Shown: positions 43,522-54,957, counted from the first letter of the stretch. The stretch is DNA of 64,000 bases from an uncultured Planctomycetota bacterium (GCA_963737655.1 CAVTTN010000002.1:1184001-1248000); one strand, 5' to 3'. Numbers and translations: made by a program. Notes: a model not told the origin generated them from the letters alone.

Positions 43522-46500
43522 TCAACGCTCACTCGCCTTCTTGAGCGTCGGTTTCGGCGTCGCCTTCGCGGCCTCGACGTCGCCGAGGAGGACCTCCACG
43601 GCCTTGCTCAACTGATCGTCCTTGCCGGAGGCGAGGTCGCCGGGGGCCGGCCAGAGGACGTGGTCGGGCACGGCGCCGTGGAGTTCCATGTCCTCGCCGT
43701 CGTTGATCGTGAACCAGCCCCGGAACGGCATGCGGAGGAACCCGACGTCCATGATCGGCACGCCCCCGGTGCTGATCACGCCGCCCGCCGTGGGGACGCC
43801 GACGAGCTGCCCCCGCTTCAGCGTCTTGATCGCGTGGCTGAAGATCTCGGCGTTGCTGAAGCTGTTCTGGTTGCACAGGACCACGATCGGCTTGTTCCAG
43901 GTCGCATAGACGATGCGGTCCTGGGGATAGCCGGGGCCGCCCCCCCTGGGCACGGCGATCGCGTGCCTCGGCTGGGTCAGGACGGTGAGAAGGTGATCGG
44001 CCGTGGAGCCTCCGCCATTGTTGCGGACGTCGATGATCAGGCCCTCCTTGCCCACCCCCACGGCGTAGAGCTCCTGCTCGAACCGGTGGAAGCTGGGGAA
44101 GTCCATCCCGCGGATGTGGAGGTAGCCGAGCCGGCCCTTCGAGGCCTCGTCCACCGCCTTCCGGCAGTCTTTGATGAACTTTTCATACAGGAGCGCGCTC
44201 ACAGCGGCATACGAAGTCGGCCGGATCGTGACGGTGCGGTCCTTGCCGGCCCCGTCGCGGACGACGAGCTTCACGTCCCGCTCGATCGGCCCGTTCAGGA
44301 CCTTCGTCAGGTCCATCGAGGGGTCCACGGTGGTGCCGTCGATGCTCACGACGAGCTCGCCGGGCTCGATCCGGGTCTTCTTGTGGTCGGCGGGGCCGTC
44401 GGGCAGGACGTCGCGGACCTTCAGGCCGGGGCCCTTGTGGTCGGGGGCGAACCGGAGGCCGAGGTGGGCCGTGACGACCTGCCATTTCGTCGGCGGTGCG
44501 GCGGGGGCGGCGCCGGGGGTCGGCCTCGTCAGCGCCCGGCCGGCCGTCGCGGAGTAGCCCAGGTGGGAGCCGTTCAGCTCGCCGAGCATCAGGTTCACGA
44601 CGGTGGCCAGCGCCTCGGAATCCGGGGCCTCGGCCGCGGCGTCGGCGTACTTGCGGCGGATCGCGTCCCAGTTGCGATTGCCGAGCTTTTCATCGTAGAA
44701 ACTGTCTCGCATGAACCGCCATGCCAGCTCGAACGCGGCGCGGTGCTTCTTCGGCAGGTCCACCTCCTGGCGGGCCCGGAAGCGATACACGCCGTCCGAG
44801 GCGCCTCCAGCGGTCGATCCGCCGCCGCCCCGGCCCGCGCGTCCGCCCGCCGGCGCCGAGGCCGAGGCCGGCGCGGCCCCGCCGCCCCCGCCGCCCGGGA
44901 CGCTCGCCGGAGAGCCGTTCGCCAGGCCGACGATTTGATTCCCCGCCTCCAGCCACCTCGCCTGGGTCAAGGGCGATGACGACAGGGGCTTGGGCTTGAG
45001 GTCGTCGGGCGGCTCGATCGTGAACAGCCCGGCCTGGCCGTCGATCGTCGCCGAGAACGCCAGCCGCTTCGAGTCAGGCGACCAGAACAGGGCCCGCTCG
45101 GTGACCTCGGGCAGCGAGACCTGATGAACCCGTTCGTGGAGTCCGTCGAAATCGATGACGACCTTCGCCGGCGGCTTCTTCGGCTCGTCCTTCGGGGCGT
45201 CGGCCTTCTCCTCGTCCTTCTTCTCGGCCGCGTCCGACTTCCTCGCCGCCTTGCCCTTCTGGCGGGCCTTGGTCATCTTCTCGATGGCCTTCTCCATCGT
45301 CCGGTCGCGCGAACCCTTGTCGTCGTCTTCCTTATTCAGGAAGACATAATAGATATCGACCTCGTTATCGCCATGACGCCCCGTGTAGGCGATCGCCTTG
45401 CCGTCGGGCGACCAGGCGGGGTCCGAGTCGACGTCCGGGTGCCGCGAGACGTTGAACGGCGGCGTCGAGCCGTCGCTCGGCAAGATGTAGATATCGCGAT
45501 TGAAGTCGTTGTCCGACATCGCCAGGACGAGCCACTTGCCGTCGGGCGACCAGTCGAAGTCCGGCGGCTCGAACGACTTCACCAGGGTCTTCGCGTCCTT
45601 CCCCTTCGCGTCCATCACGCAGAGGTCGCCCCGGCCCTTCACGAACGCCACCTTCGAGCCGTCGGGGCTGAACTTCAGGCCCGTTTCGACGTCCGCATCG
45701 TTCGTGATCCGCTCGACCTTGAACGAAGGATTATGCCACCAGAAATCATTCGGCTCGGACCGCTCGATCCGATAAATATCGGCCTGGCCGTCCTTGTCGC
45801 TGACGACGAGCAGGGCGTCCCCCTCGGGGGAGAACGCCGGGTCCCGCTCCTCCTCGGGGGTCGAGAGGACGGCCTTGGGCTCCAGCAATTCGGTGTCCAT
45901 GACCCACAGGTCGCCCCCGGCGAGGAAGGCGATCTCCAGGCCGTCCTTCGAGAACGCCACGTGGTCGGCCGAGGTCAACGTCCGGCGATCGATCGGGTCG
46001 GGCCGGCCGTCTCCGCCCCGCGAGATCGCGATCTTCTTCGGGGCGTCCGGCTTGCCGGGATGATAGCTGTAGAGGTCGAACAGGTGGCGGAAGACGATCG
46101 TGGAGCCGTCCTTCGAGATGCACGGATCGACGATCGAATCGTCCTTCATGGAAGTCAGAGCTTGATCCTTTCCCGTCTCCAGGTCATGCACCCAAAGATT
46201 ATAAGCCCCGTCATTCATGGCGACGTAATAGAACGCCTTCGCATCGGGCCGCCACATCGGGAACAGGGCGCCGCCCTTCGGCTCCAAAATTTTCTGGAAT
46301 GCTTTCGTGCCCAGGTCATAGGACCAGATCTGCGACTGCTGGGAACCGTGATACCCCTTCCGCCACCACTGCGTGCCCTCGCGAGCGAACAGGAGGGTCT
46401 TGCCGTCGGGCGAGAGCGCCCCGTCCTGGCCGTAGTCGTCGAACAGGAGTTCCTCGGCCGAGCGATCGTCGCGCTTCACCCGGAAGAACCGGCCGGGCCT

Positions 46501-46953
46501 GGACCAGTAGTGGTCGCGAGTGCCCGAGACGAGCAGGGACTGGCCGTCGGGGAAGTATCCTTCGAGCCCCGATCCGGCGGTGTGGAAGGTGACCTGCCGG
46601 GGGTCGTCCGACCCATCGACGGGCATCAAGTAAACCTGGGCCGACCCGTCGCGGTCGGAGCCGAAGGCGATCTCCTTGCCGTCGGGCGAGAACTTCGGCG
46701 ACGTGTCGCGGGCCGGGTTCCGCGTCAGGGGCTTCGCCAATCCGCCCTCGGTCGGGACGGTCCAGATCTCCCCGGCCCACGAGAAGGCGACGGTCGAGCC
46801 GTCGGGGGAAAGCGCCGGCGAGTTCGCCAGGCGGATCGGGTCGGCGGCGAGGGCCGAGGCGGGCAGGAAGAACGCGAGGGCCAGGGCCAGGCGATGGGCG
46901 CTCAACGGTGAAGCTCCGGGGGGTCGGCAAGGGATTCGCGTCGGCCCTTTCAA
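43522..46953 (-). CDS. Tricorn-like S41 peptidase (PD40 propellers, PDZ, S41 core)
   Basis: PD40 repeats (FSPDG), GELNGSH, DVRNNGGG, SFSNAEIF, G.PTAGGVI; start may instead be TTG 46905. Confidence 0.92.
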   Translation of the reverse strand: MKGPTRIPCRPPGASPLSAHRLALALAFFLPASALAADPIRLANSPALSPDGSTVAFSWAGEIWTVPTEGGLAKPLTRNPARDTSPKFSPDGKEIAFGSDRDGSAQVYLMPVDGSDDPRQVTFHTAGSGLEGYFPDGQSLLVSGTRDHYWSRPGRFFRVKRDDRSAEELLFDDYGQDGALSPDGKTLLFAREGTQWWRKGYHGSQQSQIWSYDLGTKAFQKILEPKGGALFPMWRPDAKAFYYVAMNDGAYNLWVHDLETGKDQALTSMKDDSIVDPCISKDGSTIVFRHLFDLYSYHPGKPDAPKKIAISRGGDGRPDPIDRRTLTSADHVAFSKDGLEIAFLAGGDLWVMDTELLEPKAVLSTPEEERDPAFSPEGDALLVVSDKDGQADIYRIERSEPNDFWWHNPSFKVERITNDADVETGLKFSPDGSKVAFVKGRGDLCVMDAKGKDAKTLVKSFEPPDFDWSPDGKWLVLAMSDNDFNRDIYILPSDGSTPPFNVSRHPDVDSDPAWSPDGKAIAYTGRHGDNEVDIYYVFLNKEDDDKGSRDRTMEKAIEKMTKARQKGKAARKSDAAEKKDEEKADAPKDEPKKPPAKVVIDFDGLHERVHQVSLPEVTERALFWSPDSKRLAFSATIDGQAGLFTIEPPDDLKPKPLSSSPLTQARWLEAGNQIVGLANGSPASVPGGGGGGAAPASASAPAGGRAGRGGGGSTAGGASDGVYRFRARQEVDLPKKHRAAFELAWRFMRDSFYDEKLGNRNWDAIRRKYADAAAEAPDSEALATVVNLMLGELNGSHLGYSATAGRALTRPTPGAAPAAPPTKWQVVTAHLGLRFAPDHKGPGLKVRDVLPDGPADHKKTRIEPGELVVSIDGTTVDPSMDLTKVLNGPIERDVKLVVRDGAGKDRTVTIRPTSYAAVSALLYEKFIKDCRKAVDEASKGRLGYLHIRGMDFPSFHRFEQELYAVGVGKEGLIIDVRNNGGGSTADHLLTVLTQPRHAIAVPRGGGPGYPQDRIVYATWNKPIVVLCNQNSFSNAEIFSHAIKTLKRGQLVGVPTAGGVISTGGVPIMDVGFLRMPFRGWFTINDGEDMELHGAVPDHVLWPAPGDLASGKDDQLSKAVEVLLGDVEAAKATPKPTLKKASER

Positions 46954-46954
46954 G

Positions 46955-48445
46955 TTACTGGACGGCCGGGGGCCTGTCGATGGGCCGGGGGGCGGCCTGG
47001 CGGACGGTGACCCTGACCCGTGGCAGCGCCCTCTTCAGGACCACGGCCCCGGCCACGGTCGTCTTCGGGGAATACACGAGCAGAGTCCTCAAGCCCTTCA
47101 TGACTCCAAGCTTCGCGAGGCCGGCGTCGGTGACCTCAACATCGCGGAGGTAGAGTTCGGTCAGGGCCGGCAGCGCCACCAGGGCGGGGATCGATGCGTC
47201 GGTGATCGCGCCTCCACCCAGGGTGAGGCGTCGCAGGCCGTTCAAGCCCGCGACCTGGGCCACGACCGCATCGTCCACATCCGGCCCGAACAGGGCGAGG
47301 CTCCACAGCCCCGACAGCCCCGCGATATGCCGGACCTCGGCCGGGTCGATCCGGCATGAAATCAATTGCAGGCCGGTGAGAGCCCGGCATTTCGCCAGGC
47401 CGTCCAGGCGGCGGAGGTTCGCCCTGGACAGATACAGGGTCGTCAGCCCGGGTAGACGTCCCAGCCCTTCGATCCCGCTGCCGGTGATCTTTTCGCCGCT
47501 CACGTCGAGCCAGGTCAGGGACGTCAACTCCCCGAATTCCGCCAGTCCCGCGTCGGAGAAGCGCGAATCGTTGAGGTGGATCTGGTCGATTTGCTTGAGG
47601 TCGCGGAGCGCGGCCGCCGCGCCGTCGCCAACTGGATAATGATCGAGAGAGAAATACTTCATGCTCGTTGCTCGACCCAGGGCGGCGAGATCCGACGGCT
47701 CGGCGGGGCCGTCCGCCATCCGAAGCCGCAGGCTCGTCAGGTTCGGCAAGGCCGAGACGGACTCCAGCCCCTTGCCGGTGATCCCGGACCCCTTCATCGA
47801 GGCGCCGTCGATCAGATGGAGAGTCTTGAGTCGGGTCAATCCCCGGAGGGGCCGGAGCCCGGCGTCCGTGAGTTGCGAACCATCGAACGAGAGCCACTCC
47901 AGGTTCGGCATCCCGGCGAGGTATCGCATCTGGGCATCCTTCGGCGCGGACCCAGTGAGGGCGAGCCACCGGAGGTCGTGGAGGTGTTCAAGGAACGCGA
48001 GCGTCCCGATAGGGCCGCGTCGCTGGTAGGTCAGGTCCTTGAGATGGGGAAGTTGCCGGACCGCATCCAGTCCCGCCTCGGTCACCGCCGAGCCGCCCAT
48101 GATCTCCAGCCGTTCCAGGCGGGTCAGGCGGATGACCTGCTTCATCAGGGCATCGTCGCAGCGACGGTCCGCCAGGATCACGCGGTCGGCCGTATCGAAC
48201 GCGTCGGGCCCGAGCCACTCGCGGAGCCATCGCGGCCCCTTCGGGGTCTTCTTCTTGTGGTCCGGGCTGGCCTCCCAATCGTAGGTGACCGTCCCGCCCG
48301 CCGCCCGGATCGCGGCCACGGCCTCGCGCTGATCCCGGATCGTCGAGGCCCACCAGCCCAGCGCCAGGCCCGTCATCAGCACCAGCCCCAGCATCACGCG
48401 GAGGCTCAGTCCCAGAATGCTTCGCTTCGGCTTCTCTTCGCTCAT
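46955..48445 (-). CDS. Membrane-anchored leucine-rich repeat protein
   Basis: N-terminal TM; repeats of L..L..L.L....ITDAGL..L. Confidence 0.9.
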   Translation of the reverse strand: MSEEKPKRSILGLSLRVMLGLVLMTGLALGWWASTIRDQREAVAAIRAAGGTVTYDWEASPDHKKKTPKGPRWLREWLGPDAFDTADRVILADRRCDDALMKQVIRLTRLERLEIMGGSAVTEAGLDAVRQLPHLKDLTYQRRGPIGTLAFLEHLHDLRWLALTGSAPKDAQMRYLAGMPNLEWLSFDGSQLTDAGLRPLRGLTRLKTLHLIDGASMKGSGITGKGLESVSALPNLTSLRLRMADGPAEPSDLAALGRATSMKYFSLDHYPVGDGAAAALRDLKQIDQIHLNDSRFSDAGLAEFGELTSLTWLDVSGEKITGSGIEGLGRLPGLTTLYLSRANLRRLDGLAKCRALTGLQLISCRIDPAEVRHIAGLSGLWSLALFGPDVDDAVVAQVAGLNGLRRLTLGGGAITDASIPALVALPALTELYLRDVEVTDAGLAKLGVMKGLRTLLVYSPKTTVAGAVVLKRALPRVRVTVRQAAPRPIDRPPAVQ

Positions 48446-48484
48446 ACGGTTCGCTCCAGGATGCGAGGGGGATCGGTTTGCGAG

Positions 48485-50029
48485 TCAGCGGACCACTTCC
48501 ATCCTGGGTCGCCGATTCTTCAGGGCCGCGACCCCGGCGTCGGTGACCTTCGTGCCCTTGAGGCTCACGTGGTAGAGTCGGGGCATGGCGACGATCGAGC
48601 GAAGGCCCTCGTCCCCGATCGCGGTGCCGTCGAGGTCCAGGCGACCGAGGCGGGTCAGCTTCGCCAGCTTCGCCAGGCCCTCGTCGGTGATCTTCGTCCT
48701 CGACAGGTCCAACCCGCTGAGGCCCCTCAGCCCGGCCAGCGTCTCGGCGCCGGCGTCGGTGATCTCGGACCCGGCGAGCGACAACTCGCCGAGCTTCGGC
48801 AGGGCCGCGAGCGGGGCGAGGCCGGCATCGGTGAGTTTCGCGTCGATGATGCGGAGCTTCGTCAGCTTCTTCAGCGAGGCGACGGGGCGGAGGCCGTCGT
48901 CGTCGATCGGGCAGCCCCGGAATTCCAGGTCCTTCATCGCGGACGCACGCTCAATCCCCCGGAGAGAGCGGACCTTCGCACCTTCCAGATGGAAGAAATC
49001 GAGCTTCGACAGGCCCCACAGCCGCGTCAAGCCGTCGTCCGTGGCCTTCGGCGCCCGGATACGGATGGCGATTAACGTGGGGATCGCCCCCAGCCGCTTG
49101 AGGGCAGAGTCGCCCAGGTTTGCCCCGCCGAGGCTGACGACCATCAGGGCCGGATGTCCCGCGAGGTGGTCGAACTCAGAGTCCTCCAACTGGCAATTGC
49201 CGAGGGTCACGTGGGTGAGCTTCGTCAGGCCCCTGACGGCGGACAGGCTCGTGACCGCCTGGTCCTTCGGGTGACCGAGATCATCAAGGATCATCACTTC
49301 CAGTTCTGATAGGCGTTTCAGTGAATCCAGTCCGGCCGTTGAAACCCGCGTGTTGATGGCATGGAGTCTGCGAAGACGACCCGAACGGCTCAGGTGGGAC
49401 AGGTCCGCGTCGGTTATTTGAGAGTCCGTCGCGAACATCTCCAGGGCGGGAAGGTCTTCCAGGCGTCGCGAGTCCTCTTCGCGGATCTCAAACCCGTTGA
49501 TCCCCAAGACCTGGAGACCTGTGAAACCCTCGATCCAATCGAGGCGGCCGTATTTTCTGTCGCCATAGATATGGAGGAACTTCATTCGGGGGTGGTTGCG
49601 GAGTGGGGCGAACGCCGAGCCGGTGAGCTCGTTGCTCCTGTAGATGGTCAGGTCTTCGACCGACCCCAGGCTCGCCACCTGGATCATCAGGGCGTTGTTG
49701 ACGAGGGGCGCCTTCTTGGGATCAGGATGCGTGCCGAGGGACACGTAATTCGGCGATTCGAAGAAGTCCTGCCCGAGATGGGCATAGAGCCACTTCCTCG
49801 TGGGCGAAGCCTCCCGGGGCTTGGGGCGGGGCCCGGCCGAGGTAGGCCGCTGATAGCCATAAATCACGCTCCCGCCCGCTTGCCGGATCGCCGCGACGGC
49901 CTCGCGCTGCCGTCTCGCCGAATTGGCCCACCACCCCAGGGCGCCTCCGGCGATCAGGACCAGGACCAGCATCACGCGGAGGCTGAGGCTCAGGGTGTTT
50001 CGCTTCGGCTTCGATATCGGTTCGGTCAT
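48485..50029 (-). CDS. Membrane-anchored leucine-rich repeat protein (paralog of the neighbour)
   Basis: Same N-terminal signature LSLRVML...WWA...QREAVAAIR.AGG; LRRs; ATG 50029. Confidence 0.9.
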   Translation of the reverse strand: MTEPISKPKRNTLSLSLRVMLVLVLIAGGALGWWANSARRQREAVAAIRQAGGSVIYGYQRPTSAGPRPKPREASPTRKWLYAHLGQDFFESPNYVSLGTHPDPKKAPLVNNALMIQVASLGSVEDLTIYRSNELTGSAFAPLRNHPRMKFLHIYGDRKYGRLDWIEGFTGLQVLGINGFEIREEDSRRLEDLPALEMFATDSQITDADLSHLSRSGRLRRLHAINTRVSTAGLDSLKRLSELEVMILDDLGHPKDQAVTSLSAVRGLTKLTHVTLGNCQLEDSEFDHLAGHPALMVVSLGGANLGDSALKRLGAIPTLIAIRIRAPKATDDGLTRLWGLSKLDFFHLEGAKVRSLRGIERASAMKDLEFRGCPIDDDGLRPVASLKKLTKLRIIDAKLTDAGLAPLAALPKLGELSLAGSEITDAGAETLAGLRGLSGLDLSRTKITDEGLAKLAKLTRLGRLDLDGTAIGDEGLRSIVAMPRLYHVSLKGTKVTDAGVAALKNRRPRMEVVR

Positions 50030-50174
50030 GAGGATCTCCCGATCGCGGAGGATTTCGACGCGCCATCCTACCCGGCCGGACGGGCCGTTTCTCCTATAGA
50101 ATGGGCCGGTCGGCTCGGCTAGGATGGCTGGCACCTCTCGACCTGGCCCCCTCGTCTTGCCGGAGCTTCCCTCG

Positions 50175-53100
50175 ATGCGGTTCGCCCCTCTTGCCCTTCT
50201 GCTGATGCTCGCTCCGGGCGTGGTCCGGGCCGATGAGGACCTTCGGACCGTGGCCGAGAAGTCGGATTACAAGGCCACGGCCCGCTATGACGACGTGGTC
50301 GAACTCGGGCGGAAGCTGGCGGCGACCTCGAAGCGCGTGGTGCTCTCGGACCTCGGCGTCTCGACCGAGGGGCGGACGATTCCGCTCTGGATCGTGGCCG
50401 ATCCCCCGGTAAAGACCCCCGAGGAGGCGAAGGCGTCGGGCAAGCTGGTGGCGTTCATCATCGCCAATATCCACGCGGGCGAGGTCTGCGGGAAAGAGGC
50501 GCTGCCGGTGCTCGTCCGCGAACTGGTCACGACTCCGAATCCACCGTTGCTCAAGGATTATGTTCTTTTGATCGCTCCAATTTACAATTGCGACGGCAAC
50601 GAGAAGTTCGCGAAGACGAACCGGCCGGGGCAGGTCGGGCCCGAGGACGGGATGGGCGTCCGAACCAACGGCCAGGGGCTGGACCTCAACCGCGACTTCG
50701 TGAAGCTGGAGGCGCCCGAGACCCGAGGGTTCGTCAAGCTGCTCAACACCTGGGACCCTCACCTGTTCATCGATTGCCACACCACCAACGGTTCTCATCA
50801 TCGCTACACGATCACCTATCAAGGGTCCAAGAACCCCGCGAGCGACCCGGGCGTTTTGAGCTTCACCCGAGACAAGCTGATGCCCGGCGCCGGGGCCTTG
50901 CTGGAGAAGGCCACGGGCGACAGGAGCTTCTTCTACGGCAATTTCGACCGCGACCACAAGCGATGGACGACCTATGGCGCGACCCCTCGTTTCGGGACCA
51001 CGTATGTGGGGATGCGCGATCGCCTCTCGGTGCTTTCCGAGGCGTATTCCTATGCCCCGTACAAGGCCCGGATCGTCGCGACCCTGGAATTCGTCCGGGG
51101 ACTGCTCGAATTCACGGCCGAGCACAAGGAGGAGGCGAGGAAGGTGCTGGCCGGGCGGAAGGCGCCGAAGGTCGGCGACGAGGTGGCGATCCGCTCCGAT
51201 CCGAAGCCGTCGAAGGAGCCGGTCACGGTCCTCGGGTTCGTCGAGGAGGAGAGGGACGGGCGTCACGTCGCGACGAAGGAGCCGAAGGATTATCCGGTGA
51301 TCCTCGAGGAGGAGTTCACGCCGACGTTCTCGGTCCGCCGCCCTTATGCGTATCTCGTCCCGGCTCGATCCGCGAAGGCGATCGAGCTCTTGAAGCGTCA
51401 TGGGCTGGAGATGGAGGAGCTTCGCGAGGACATTTTCCTGGATGTCGAGGCGTATCGAGTCAATGACGTGAAGAAAGCCGAGCGCCCTTTCGAAAAACAT
51501 GTAACAATTGACCTGGATGTGACCCCGAGGAACGAGTCGAGGAAGGTGGGGGCGGGGACGATCCTCGTCCGAGGGGAGCAGAAGCTCGGGAACCTGGCCG
51601 TTTACCTGCTGGAACCGAGGAGCGATGACGGCCTGGCGACGTGGAACGTCCTGGATGACGGGATCGCGTCCGGCCAGGATTTCCCGGTGTTGAGGCTCCC
51701 GGCGAAGGCCGACGTCCTGACCGCGCCGGCGGCCCCCCTGCCCGAGGACGCCCCGCCGAAGAAGCCCATCACCTTCGACATGAGGCCGACCGGAGGGCGT
51801 CGCGGAGGCGGAGGCGCGGGAGGCCCGATGGGCTGGCTCGACGGCTCGCACTTCCTCCAGAATCGCGGCGGGAAGCTGGTGAAGGTCGAGGCCGAGACCG
51901 GCCGCGCCGAGCCGTTCATCGATCCCGCCCCGATGGCCAGGGCCTTGGCGGCGATCCCGGAGGTCGGCAAGGACGACGCCGAGGGCCTGGCCCGTCCGCC
52001 GTTCTCGACCATGAACCCGGCGAAGACCGGCGCCCTGCTGACGCACAAGAACGACCTCTACTTCGCCTCGTTCGACGGCAAGACGGCCGTCCGCCTGACC
52101 CGCTCGCCCGACGAGGCCGAGGAGCTCGCCTCGTTCAGCCCCGACGGGACGCAGGTGGCCTTCGTCCGCAAGAACGACCTCTGGGCCGTGTCGATCGACG
52201 AGCCGAAGGAAAGGCCGCTGACCACGGGAGGCACCAACGCCCTCCGCCACGGCAAGGCGGACTGGGTCTATTATGAGGAGATCTTCAACCGCAACTGGAA
52301 AGCCTACTGGTGGTCGCCCGACTCGAAGCGGATCGCGTTCTTCGAGACGGACGACTCGCCGGTCAAGACGCACGTGGTCCTCAACGACTCGGGGTCCGAC
52401 CGGATCGTCGAGGAGACGCCGTATCCGAAGTCCGGGGCGCCGAATCCGAGGGTGAGGCTCGGCGTCGCGGCCGTGACCGGAGGGGCCCCTCGTGGGTCGA
52501 TCCGCCCGGGTATTCCGCCGATTCGACCCTGATCAGCGACGTCGGCTGGCTCGACGGCGATCATGCCTATTGCTATGTGCAAGATCGCACGCAAACCTGG
52601 CTCGACGTGGTGAAGGTCGCGGCCGACGGCCACGAGGCCCGGCGGCTCTTCCGCGAGACCACGGGCGCCTGGGTCGAAAGCCTCGGCAAGCTCCACGTCC
52701 TCAGGGACGGCTCGTTCCTGTACCTGAGCGATCGCGACGGCTGGAAACACCTGTACCACGCCTCGGCCGACGGGTCGTCGCGTCGTCAAATCACCAAGGG
52801 CGAATGGGAGATCTCGGCCGTCCACCACGTCGACGAGGCGGGCGGATGGGCCTATGTGTCGGCCTCGAAGGATGACCCGATCGCGCCCAACGCCTACCGG
52901 ATCAAGCTGGCCGACGGGTCGATGGAGAGGCTGACCAAGGGCAAGGGGGCGCACTCGGCAAGCTTCTCGCCGGACGGCTCGCTGTTCCTCGACTCGTGGT
53001 CCGACATCCACACGCCGCCGAGGACGGCCCTCGTCCGCAGCGACGGCTCGGCCGTCCGGATGCTCGACGCGGGGTCGTCGCAAATGCTCAACGAGTACCG

Positions 53101-53905
53101 ATTCGGCTCGAGAGAACTCGTGAAGATCCCCGCGCGCGATGGGTTCCTCCTCGAAGGGGAGCTGATCCTCCCCCCGGGGCTGGACCCGAACTCGACCGAG
53201 CCCCACCCGGCCTGGTTCACGACGTATGGCGGCCCCCACACGCCGACGGTCTCCGACGCCTGGCTCGGCGGGAGGACGTGGGACCAGGCGCTCGCGGCCG
53301 AGGGGTTCGTGGTGTTCCGGGTCGATCCCCGGAGCGCCAGCGGGAAGGGTTCGGCCTCGGCGTGGACCGCGTACAAGAGGCTGGGCGTGGGGGAGCTGGA
53401 AGACATCAAGGACGCGATCGCGTGGCTGAAGAAGAAGCCGTATGTCGATGGGTCGCGGATCGGGATGAGCGGCCACAGCTACGGAGGCTTCATGACCTCG
53501 TTCGCCATGACCCACAGCGACCTCTTCGCCGCCGGGATCGCGGGCGCGCCGGTCACGGACTGGCATGATTACGACTCGATTTACACCGAGCGCCTGATGC
53601 TCACCCCGGCCGAGAACCCGAAGGGGTATGCCGAAACCAGCGTGGCCGCCGCCGCCTCGAAGCTGCACGGCCGCCTCCTGATCGCCCACGGGGCGATCGA
53701 CGACAACGTGAGTCTCCGCAACACGCTCCACCTCGTCCAGGCGTTGGAGAATGCGAACAAGGATTTCGAGATGATGATCTATCCGTCCTCGCGACACGGG
53801 ATCGTGAGCGCGCACTACCAGAGGCTGCAAGTCGAGTTCATCCGGCGGACCCTCGGCGGCCCGAAGGCGAAGCCGAAGGAATCAGCGTCTTCGGCGGCAC
53901 GTTAG
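50175..53905 (+). CDS. M14 zinc carboxypeptidase fused to DPP IV / S9 peptidase (frameshift ~52490)
   Basis: HAGE, DLNRDF, DCHTTNG (M14); DWVYYEE, WWSPD, YPKSG, GHSYGG, DDNV, SRHG (S9B). Confidence 0.88.
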
Positions 53906-54722
53906 CAATGTCAACCGCCTGGCCGCTCGGATCGAATCGGGGTCGATCCCCAATTCGCGAAGCTTGGCGGCCAGGCGTTCGGCCTCGCGACCTTTCGACT
54001 CGGCCGCGCGCTCGGCCTCATCGGCCCGTCGGGCGATCTCCTCGACCTGTCGGACCGCAGCCTCGGCCCGCGCGGCGGCCTCCTCGATTCGTCGGACGGC
54101 CTCATCGGCCTGCAAAGTGGCCTCGCGGGCCCGGTGCTCGGCGGCTTCCCTCTTCGTGGAGCTCCTGGAAGGTGGCGAATGGGTGGCCGGCGGGGCCGAG
54201 GATGGTCAGTTCCTCCGCCAGATCGAAGCGGATTCCCAGCCTGGGGCTGATCCATCCGTTGGGTTGGGGGATCTCGACCAGGTGCTCGCCTTCCCGGCGA
54301 TAGGCGGTCAGCTCGATCGTTTCGGGGTCGTACAGGTAGTACTCCTCGACCTCGAACTCGTCGTAGAACTGGAACTTCTTCAGCATGGGGCCGAAGCGGT
54401 TGCTGGGCGAGAGAACCTCGAAGACAACCTGGGGGCCGAGGCCGTCCTCCTCCCATTGTTTGTAGGAGCGGCGCTCCCCCTTCGGCCGACCGAAGACGAC
54501 CATCGTGTCGGGCGCCGCGGAGATCTCGGGGCGGCCCTCGACCGGATACCAGAGGAGGTCGGCGGCGAGGAAGACGTCGGGGCGGTCGGCGAACAGTGCG
54601 GCGAGGTTGCCGTGGATCGTGACGATCCAGCGGTACTGGATCGTGTTCTCGGCCAGGGGCTCACCATTATCCTCGGGATAGACGATCCGCCGATCGGCCT
54701 CCGCGGGGGTGGTCGTGCTCAT
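53882..54722 (-). CDS. Uma2 family (DUF820) endonuclease with coiled-coil tail (frameshift ~54140)
   Basis: YPEDNGEPLAENT, APDTMVVFGRPKG.R.SY, VFEVLSPSN, VEEYYLYDP; tail ERLAAKLRELGIDP. Confidence 0.88.
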
Positions 54723-54864
54723 GGCTCGGAGGCTCCCGGCCCCGTCGGGGGCGATGGGATGATTCTACGGGACGGCCAAATCGGCCGCCAGACCGGGCTT
54801 TTCGCCCTCGCCCGCGGCACGGATGCCGCCGATCGCCGTACAAGGGGGTGGAGAGGAGGCGATC

Positions 54865-54957
54865 ATGAGCGAGCGATTGGGATGGTTGGCGGACCCGACC
54901 CTTCATGTTTTAGGGATCTTGATGGCGCTGGCAGTCGTGGCGGCCGTTACGGGCTGA
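54865..54957 (+). CDS. Putative 30-aa membrane microprotein
   Basis: MSERLGWLADPTLHVLGILMALAVVAAVTG; GAGGAGG five bases upstream of the ATG. Confidence 0.45.
   Translation: MSERLGWLADPTLHVLGILMALAVVAAVTG

Noticed and set aside
81..54722. Calling the frameshifted genes pseudogenes or programmed frameshifts
   Set aside because: There is no other decay seen and the shifts affect unrelated genes, with those inspected at homopolymers; sequencing error is more parsimonious.
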